DNA of 61,892 nucleotides from assembly GCA_009377435.1 (NCBI GenBank), contig WHUC01000002.1, forward strand, positions 1 to 61,892, read 5' to 3'. The DNA is from Acidimicrobiia bacterium (GTDB lineage Bacteria; Actinomycetota; Acidimicrobiia; Spongiisociales; ZC4RG35). The translations under genes were made by a program, and so were the position numbers. This document shows positions 57,014 through 61,892 of this stretch, piece by piece. A model generated the notes under the pieces. It did not search any database. It was not told the origin of the DNA and saw nothing but the letters and a program-made list of their open reading frames with translations. The first letter of the stretch is position 1. Every line of letters starts with the position of its first letter.

Positions 57014-57942
57014 CGACCGACCTCCTCGACGGTGACCAGTTCGGTAAGACGCTCGACGAGTTCGGCCTGGGAGCTGCCCAAACCATGTCTGGTGACATTG
57101 GCGGCGCCGGCGGCGCACGCCCACCGGAGGGCGTCGTCGGGGGAGAGCTGGCGGACAACCCCGACGGCAAGGGCCGCCGTCATCGAGTCGCCGGCTCCGG
57201 TGTGGTCGACCACCTCGAGTTGGGGCATGGTTGCCCGCATCCGGACACCGCCGAAGGAGGCGACGGCACCCTCGCTGCCGCGGGATACCACCACGGCCCG
57301 GGCGCCGGCCCGTCTCAGGTCCTCTATGGCGGCCCAGACATCGTCCTCGTTGGTATCGCCCATGCCCTCACCGAGATCCTCGTCGCTGACCTTGAGGACA
57401 TCGAGGGGACCCCCCTCGAGGAAGGCCTCCAGTTCCTCGCTGTGGAGATCGCCGACGCTCCGAACCTCGGCGGCCGCAAGGTCGGCCCCGAGACGACGAT
57501 AGAAATCGGGATCGAGACGGTTGCCCTCCGGTCTTCCGGTGAGAACACACACCCCGGCGCCGATGGCGTGACGGAGGGTCTTGCCGAACAGGTCGTCCAT
57601 CTCGTGGCGGGACAGGTCGGGTGATCGTGTCATCGCCACCTCGACTCGGTCTCCGCCCCGGCGATCATGGATGTAGGAGGGCGATCCACCGGACACCTGG
57701 ACGGCCCCGAAATCGAGGCGGGTTGCCGCCACCAGACCTCGGAGCACCTCCCCCGCCTCACCACCAACGGGTGCACACAGGATGGGGCGCTCATCGAACT
57801 CACGGACCATACGTGCCACCCAGAACCCCTGACCCCCGGGATGGAAATGGATGTCGGAAAACTCGTCGTCCCCTGACTCCACGGTGACCGTGGCGAACAG
57901 GGCCGGTGCGAACACGCAGACCGAGGGGCGGGCGGGTGGCAT
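57010..57942 (-). CDS. PfkB-family carbohydrate kinase
   Basis: 310-aa ORF with the GGQGFWVA and DHTGAGDSMTAAL (PfkB signature 2) motifs. Confidence 0.8.
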   Translation of the reverse strand: MPPARPSVCVFAPALFATVTVESGDDEFSDIHFHPGGQGFWVARMVREFDERPILCAPVGGEAGEVLRGLVAATRLDFGAVQVSGGSPSYIHDRRGGDRVEVAMTRSPDLSRHEMDDLFGKTLRHAIGAGVCVLTGRPEGNRLDPDFYRRLGADLAAAEVRSVGDLHSEELEAFLEGGPLDVLKVSDEDLGEGMGDTNEDDVWAAIEDLRRAGARAVVVSRGSEGAVASFGGVRMRATMPQLEVVDHTGAGDSMTAALAVGVVRQLSPDDALRWACAAGAANVTRHGLGSSQAELVERLTELVTVEEVGR

Positions 57943-57955
57943 ATTGGTGCCAACG

Positions 57956-58047
57956 CTAGGGGGCTAGTGTGGAATACCGTTGTACAGATTGGCGACCAGA
58001 CGCGTCGCTCGCCAGGGCGCACGACGAAGGCGCACCCGGTGAGCGGC
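57956..58047. repeat. Repeat family A, copy 3 (5' half only)
   Basis: CTAGGGGGCTAGTGTGGAATACCGTTGTACAGATTGGCGACCAGACGCGTCGCTCGCCAGGGCGCACGACGAAGGCGCACCCGGTGAGCGGC aligns with the first ~95 nt of copies 1 and 2. No 3' inverted repeat. Confidence 0.7.
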
Positions 58048-58095
58048 TTGAGCACTTGGGTCTCGACGGGGCTCACAATCCTCCCCCCAAAGAGA

Positions 58096-58118
58096 AACCC
58101 CCGCCTGAGCGGGGGTTT
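58096..58118 (-). terminator. Rho-independent terminator after tRNA-Leu
   Basis: AAACCCCCGC-CTGA-GCGGGGGTTT perfect hairpin, followed on the minus strand by TCTCTTT. Confidence 0.6.
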
Positions 58119-58120
58119 CG

Positions 58121-58209
<89 letters not shown>

Positions 58210-58225
58210 GCGAGTGGGTGCCAAT

Positions 58226-58465
58226 TCAGGAGAGAAGGATAGCGAGGGTGATGGTGGTGACCCCGAACAGGACACCGACGGCGACGGTGAGCCGGCTCAG
58301 GTTTCGCTCGACGACGGTGGAACCGCCGAGGTTCGACGTCGACATCCCGCCACCGAACACATCGGAAAGCCCCCCGCCCTTACCGGAGTGGAGAAGGATC
58401 AGGGCGATCAGCCCCAGGGAGAGGAGCAGGTGGATGACGGTGACGATGGCGCGGGCTATTTGGAT
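58226..58465 (-). CDS. secG: Preprotein translocase subunit SecG (no canonical start codon in frame)
   Basis: Hand translation: (L)IQIARAIVTVIHLLLSLGLIALILLHSGKGGGLSDVFGGGMSTSNLGGSTVVERNLSRLTVAVGVLFGVTTITLAILLS. The LLHSGKGGG and ..RNL.R.T motifs and the position after tpiA/gpmA fit SecG. Missing from the track because no ATG/GTG/TTG precedes codon 34. Confidence 0.6.
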   Translation of the reverse strand: MQIARAIVTVIHLLLSLGLIALILLHSGKGGGLSDVFGGGMSTSNLGGSTVVERNLSRLTVAVGVLFGVTTITLAILLS

Positions 58466-58534
58466 GAGTCATACCTGATCGGGAACCCCTACATGATACC
58501 ACGAGGGCCACCACCCACCCAAGGTGGTGCCGGG

Positions 58535-59293
58535 CTACTCGTCAGACGGACCACTGGCCTGCTCGGCTACGGCCTTGGCGGCGGCAGCGATCGCCTCCTG
58601 ATCGCCGAGATAACGGCTCGACACCGCCCCCAGATCGGTGTCGAGCCCGTATACGAGGGGGATCCCGGTGGGAATATTGAGCCCCACGATCTCCTCGTCG
58701 CTGATGCCGTCGAGATGCTTGACCAGCGCCCGCAATGAGTTGCCGTGGGCGGAGATGACAGGTGTGCGCCCCGCCCTGAGGTCGGGCACGATGAAGTCGT
58801 ACCAGTAGGGAAGCATCCGATCGACGACATCGGCGAGACACTCGGCCCCGGGGAGCAACTCGGGGGGCAGGTCGGCATAGCGGGGGTCGTTGCTGGGATG
58901 ACGCTCGTCGTCGGGTTCGAGGGCCGGCGGACGCGTGTCGTAGGACCGGCGCCACTCCAACACCTGCTCGTCGCCGTACTTCTCGGCGGTCTCGGCCTTG
59001 TCAAGACCCTGGAGGGCGCCGTAATGGCGCTCGTTGAGACGCCAGTGACGCCGCACCGGGATCCACGACCGCTCCATCGTGGCCAGGGTGATCTCGGCGG
59101 TGGCGATAGCCCGGACCTGGACCGACGTATGGCAGACGTCGGGAAGGATTCCCTCCTCCAACATCGCCAGACCGCCCTGGTGGGCCTCCTCGCGGCCCTG
59201 GTCGGTGAGGGGGACATCGGTCCACCCCGTGAACAGGTTCTCCAGGTTCCACGTCGACTGGCCGTGGCGGAGCAATACGAGTGTGTGAGTCAT
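58535..59293 (-). CDS. gpmA: 2,3-bisphosphoglycerate-dependent phosphoglycerate mutase
   Basis: [26 protein letters not shown] (RHG motif) and the second His motif (AHGNSLRAL). Confidence 0.9.
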   Translation of the reverse strand: MTHTLVLLRHGQSTWNLENLFTGWTDVPLTDQGREEAHQGGLAMLEEGILPDVCHTSVQVRAIATAEITLATMERSWIPVRRHWRLNERHYGALQGLDKAETAEKYGDEQVLEWRRSYDTRPPALEPDDERHPSNDPRYADLPPELLPGAECLADVVDRMLPYWYDFIVPDLRAGRTPVISAHGNSLRALVKHLDGISDEEIVGLNIPTGIPLVYGLDTDLGAVSSRYLGDQEAIAAAAKAVAEQASGPSDE

Positions 59294-59311
59294 GGGGAAT
59301 TCAAGACCTTC

Positions 59312-60085
59312 CTAAACCCAGTAGCGGACGACGGCGGCGAAGGTGTCGGGATCGAGCGAGGCCCCACCCACCAGGGCGCCGTCGATGTCCCGTTTCGCCA
59401 TGAAGTCCTTGATGTTGCCGGCATTCACCGAGCCCCCGTAGAGGATGCGGATCCCGGCCGCGGCCTCCTCACCATGACTTCCGGCCACGGTGGAGCGGAC
59501 CAGACCGCATCCCACCCCGGCGGTGTCGGCGTCGGCGTGGCGACCGGTCCCGATGGCCCACACCGGCTCGTAGGCGATCGCCGAGGCAGCGACGTCCTCG
59601 GGGGTCACCCCCTGGAGGCCACCCGACACCTGGGTGACGAGGACCTCCTCGGTCTGATCGGCCTCACGCTGGTCGAGGGTCTCCCCGACACAGAGGATCG
59701 GCTTCATCTCGTGGGCGAGGGTGGCCTTGACCCGCTTGTTGACCGTCTCTTCGGTCTCGCCGAAGTACGCCCTCCGCTCGGAGTGGCCCACGATGACGTG
59801 GTTGACATGGAGGGCGGCCAGCATCGGGGGTGATACCTCACCGGTGAAGGCGCCCTCGCTCTCCCAGTAGACGTTCTGGGCGGCGAGGCCGATGGGCATG
59901 TTGTCGGCCTCTATCACGGTCTGGATGGAGCGGAGGCTGGTGAACGGTGGACCCACCACCACCTCGACCCGCTCGTGGTCGGTGGCCGCCAGGCGGTAGA
60001 AGAGCTTCTGGACCATCTGGATCGCCTCCAAATGGGTGGTGTTCATCTTCCAGTTGCCGACGATCAGGTCTTTTCGGTCACTCAT
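59312..60085 (-). CDS. tpiA: Triosephosphate isomerase
   Basis: Start at Met84 (MSDRKDLIVGNWKMN), an 8-nt overlap with the pgk stop. VGHSERR and AYEPVWAIGTG motifs. Confidence 0.9.
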   Translation of the reverse strand: MSDRKDLIVGNWKMNTTHLEAIQMVQKLFYRLAATDHERVEVVVGPPFTSLRSIQTVIEADNMPIGLAAQNVYWESEGAFTGEVSPPMLAALHVNHVIVGHSERRAYFGETEETVNKRVKATLAHEMKPILCVGETLDQREADQTEEVLVTQVSGGLQGVTPEDVAASAIAYEPVWAIGTGRHADADTAGVGCGLVRSTVAGSHGEEAAAGIRILYGGSVNAGNIKDFMAKRDIDGALVGGASLDPDTFAAVVRYWV

Positions 60086-61259
60086 TGGTCCATCTCTCCA
60101 GTACCGCCACACCGGGCAGCGTCTCGCCTTCCAACAATTCAAGCCCCGCTCCCCCACCCGTGGAGACATGGGTGACATCGTCCTCGCGGCCGAGCATGCG
60201 GATGGCGGCCACCGAGTCGCCCCCGCCGACCACGGTGAAGCAGTCGGTCTCCGCCAGGGCCGTCGCCACCTTGGCGGTTCCGTCTCGGAACGCCTCCCAC
60301 TCGAACACCCCCATCGGTCCGTTCCAGAAGACACTCTTGGCGTCGTCGAGAACGTCGGCGAACCGTCGCGCCGTCTCCGGGCCGATGTCGAGACCCATCT
60401 GGTCGGAGGGGATCAGATCGGCGGACACCACCTCGGGTGTCGCCGTCTCGGCGAACTCGGAGGCGACGACGATATCGGTAGGGAGGATGATCTTTTCCCC
60501 GTCGGGGCCCTCGAGGAGCTCCCCCACCTGGTCGATCATGTCCTCTTGGACCAGGCTGGTTCCGACCTCGGTGCCCCGGGACACCATCAGGGTGAAACAC
60601 ATGCCCCCGCCGATCAGCATGGTGTCAACGGTGGGAAGGAGACTACGGATCGCCCCCAGCTTGTCGGAGATCTTGGCACCGCCCAGGACCACGACGTAGG
60701 GACGCTCCGGGTCGGAGAGCCTCCCCAACTCGGTGAGCTCGCGGTCGAGGAGCGGGCCGGCGCCGCTGCGGAGACGTTCTGCCACCCCGACGGTGGAGGC
60801 ATGGGCGCGGTGCACCGAACCAAAGGCGTCCTGCACGAAAAGGTCGGCCAAACCGGCGAGAGCGTCGGCGAGGGCGGGATCATTCTTGGTCTCCCCCTCC
60901 TCGAACCGGGTGTTCTCCAGCATGAGGATATCGCCGGGGGACGCTTCCGACACGGCCGACTCGACGTCGGGGCCGACGACCGCACCCAGATGGCGCGCAT
61001 CGAAGCCGCCCAGCTCGGATAACTTCTCCGCCACCGGTCGCAACGACAGCTCGGGGTCGGGCCCCTTGGGGCGCCCCAGGTGACTGGCGACCACCACGAC
61101 GGCACCTCCCTCGCGGAGACGTTCGATGGCGGGGAGGGCTGAACGGATCCGGTAGTCGTCGGTGACCTCCGCCCCCTCGAGGGGGACGTTGAGATCGGAG
61201 CGGATGAGAACCCGCTTCCCTTCGATGTCGAGGGCGTCGATGGTTAGATATGAGACCAT
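60078..61259 (-). CDS. pgk: Phosphoglycerate kinase
   Basis: 393-aa ORF. RSDLNVPL, SHLGRPKG and WNGPMGVFE motifs. Confidence 0.95.
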   Translation of the reverse strand: MVSYLTIDALDIEGKRVLIRSDLNVPLEGAEVTDDYRIRSALPAIERLREGGAVVVVASHLGRPKGPDPELSLRPVAEKLSELGGFDARHLGAVVGPDVESAVSEASPGDILMLENTRFEEGETKNDPALADALAGLADLFVQDAFGSVHRAHASTVGVAERLRSGAGPLLDRELTELGRLSDPERPYVVVLGGAKISDKLGAIRSLLPTVDTMLIGGGMCFTLMVSRGTEVGTSLVQEDMIDQVGELLEGPDGEKIILPTDIVVASEFAETATPEVVSADLIPSDQMGLDIGPETARRFADVLDDAKSVFWNGPMGVFEWEAFRDGTAKVATALAETDCFTVVGGGDSVAAIRMLGREDDVTHVSTGGGAGLELLEGETLPGVAVLERWTNE

Positions 61260-61309
61260 GCGCGGGCCACGTTAGTTGCCGTTCGAGCGAGCGAAAGTTC
61301 GCACAGATT

Positions 61310-61636
61310 TCAGAGGAAGAAGTTGGCGAACATTGTCGCCACGACAGCGATCAGGCCGGCGGCCAGGGTGAGAAAGAGTCGGTCGAGTCTCCTGTTCACC
61401 TCATCGATTCGTCCCGTCACCACCACCTCCATGTGGCTGAACCGGTCCTCCAGCCGATCCAGCCGGGCGGTGAGGCTGGACACACGCTCCCCCACCTCGG
61501 TGACATCAGCTTTCCTCGCCAGGCTAGATGCCGGTTCGGTGGGGAGATAGGCCATCAACGTGTCCGCACTTTCGGAACCGAGGAGTTCGTTGAGGCGATT
61601 ATAGAGGTCGTGGCGTTGTGTTTCGGAGACCGCCAT
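61310..61636 (-). CDS. Hypothetical coiled-coil protein with C-terminal TM anchor (108 aa)
   Basis: Start at Met17. Heptad-like region (VSSLTARLDRLEDRF..IDEVNRRLDRLF), then LTLAAGLIAVVATMFANFFL. Confidence 0.45.
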   Translation of the reverse strand: MAVSETQRHDLYNRLNELLGSESADTLMAYLPTEPASSLARKADVTEVGERVSSLTARLDRLEDRFSHMEVVVTGRIDEVNRRLDRLFLTLAAGLIAVVATMFANFFL

Positions 61637-61667
61637 GTGGTGACCATGCCAGAGGAGTAGCCGCGGT

Positions 61668-61892
61668 TCAAGGGTCAGGATCACGGGAATCCCGGTGATT
61701 CTGCGCCTCGCTTCGGTTTAACGAAGATGGAAGGAAGGGGCGATCGAACTCTGGATTCCCCGCCCCGCAGATGAAACCCGGGTCGCTCACCTCGAGCCCG
61801 CGAGCCGTGAGCTCCGTATGGGCCTCCTCGATGTCGGTAACGACGAGATGGGTTCCCCGCACCGAGCCCACCTCCGCATCGGTGAGCCCCAC
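61668..61892 (-). CDS. VOC/glyoxalase-family protein, C-terminal part (runs off the window end)
   Basis: ..GTHLVVTDIEEAHTELTARGLEVSD.. resembles the C-terminal half of VOC proteins. The tail after it is atypical and may be truncated. Confidence 0.35.
   Translation of the reverse strand: MGLTDAEVGSVRGTHLVVTDIEEAHTELTARGLEVSDPGFICGAGNPEFDRPFLPSSLNRSEAQNHRDSRDPDP

Overview
High-GC actinobacterial chromosome segment. Gene order parallels the Mycobacterium tuberculosis Rv1692-Rv1713, Rv1822-Rv1832 and Rv2092c-Rv2119 neighbourhoods. The lineage guess (Actinomycetota, possibly Acidimicrobiia) is inference only.

The window holds about 75 protein genes, most on the minus strand. They sit in long operons in which roughly 20 junctions are 1-, 4- or 8-nt start/stop overlaps (ATGA/GTGA).

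Main content:
- A complete Pup-proteasome module (arc/mpa, dop, pup, prcB, prcA, pafA, pafB, pafC), followed by a tatB-like gene, tatC and helY.
- pgk-tpiA-gpmA-secG.
- scpA-scpB-rluB-aroA, then cmk-ispH-der.
- HAD-nadK-recN, then pyrG-NUDIX.
- gcvH-FHA-MerR-dac-hpt-DUF151 nuclease-MerR-gcvT.
- modABC.
- Two tRNAs (Pro-GGG and Leu-GAG).

Accessory material is small:
- A RES/Xre toxin-antitoxin pair at the left edge.
- A 2.6-kb islet (MazEF, a decayed PPOX pseudogene, a DUF222-HNH endonuclease) between aroA and cmk.
- A deleted and frameshifted COG4941-type sigma factor gene.

I did not find a convincing multi-gene novel defence system. The items most worth follow-up are:
1. Three families of intergenic structured repeats that no gene model explains: a ~170-bp element with terminal inverted repeats, a ~50-nt double hairpin, and a ~55-nt palindromic unit that is tandem between prcA and pafA.
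2. A 475-aa protein joining an unrecognisable Cys-containing N-terminal domain to a Cas4/AddB-type 4Fe-4S PD-(D/E)XK nuclease.
3. Two coding-looking ORFs (secG, and an ORF between a MerR gene and gcvT) that have no ATG/GTG/TTG start.
4. A MerR-type promoter/operator.

CDS coordinates come from the ORF track, with starts re-derived by residue counting. Hand-counted coordinates of repeats, hairpins and tRNAs may be off by 1-2 nt. My manual counting disagreed with the track by 1 nt near 13426-13620, and I deferred to the track there. All family names are from memory of motifs; no searches were run.
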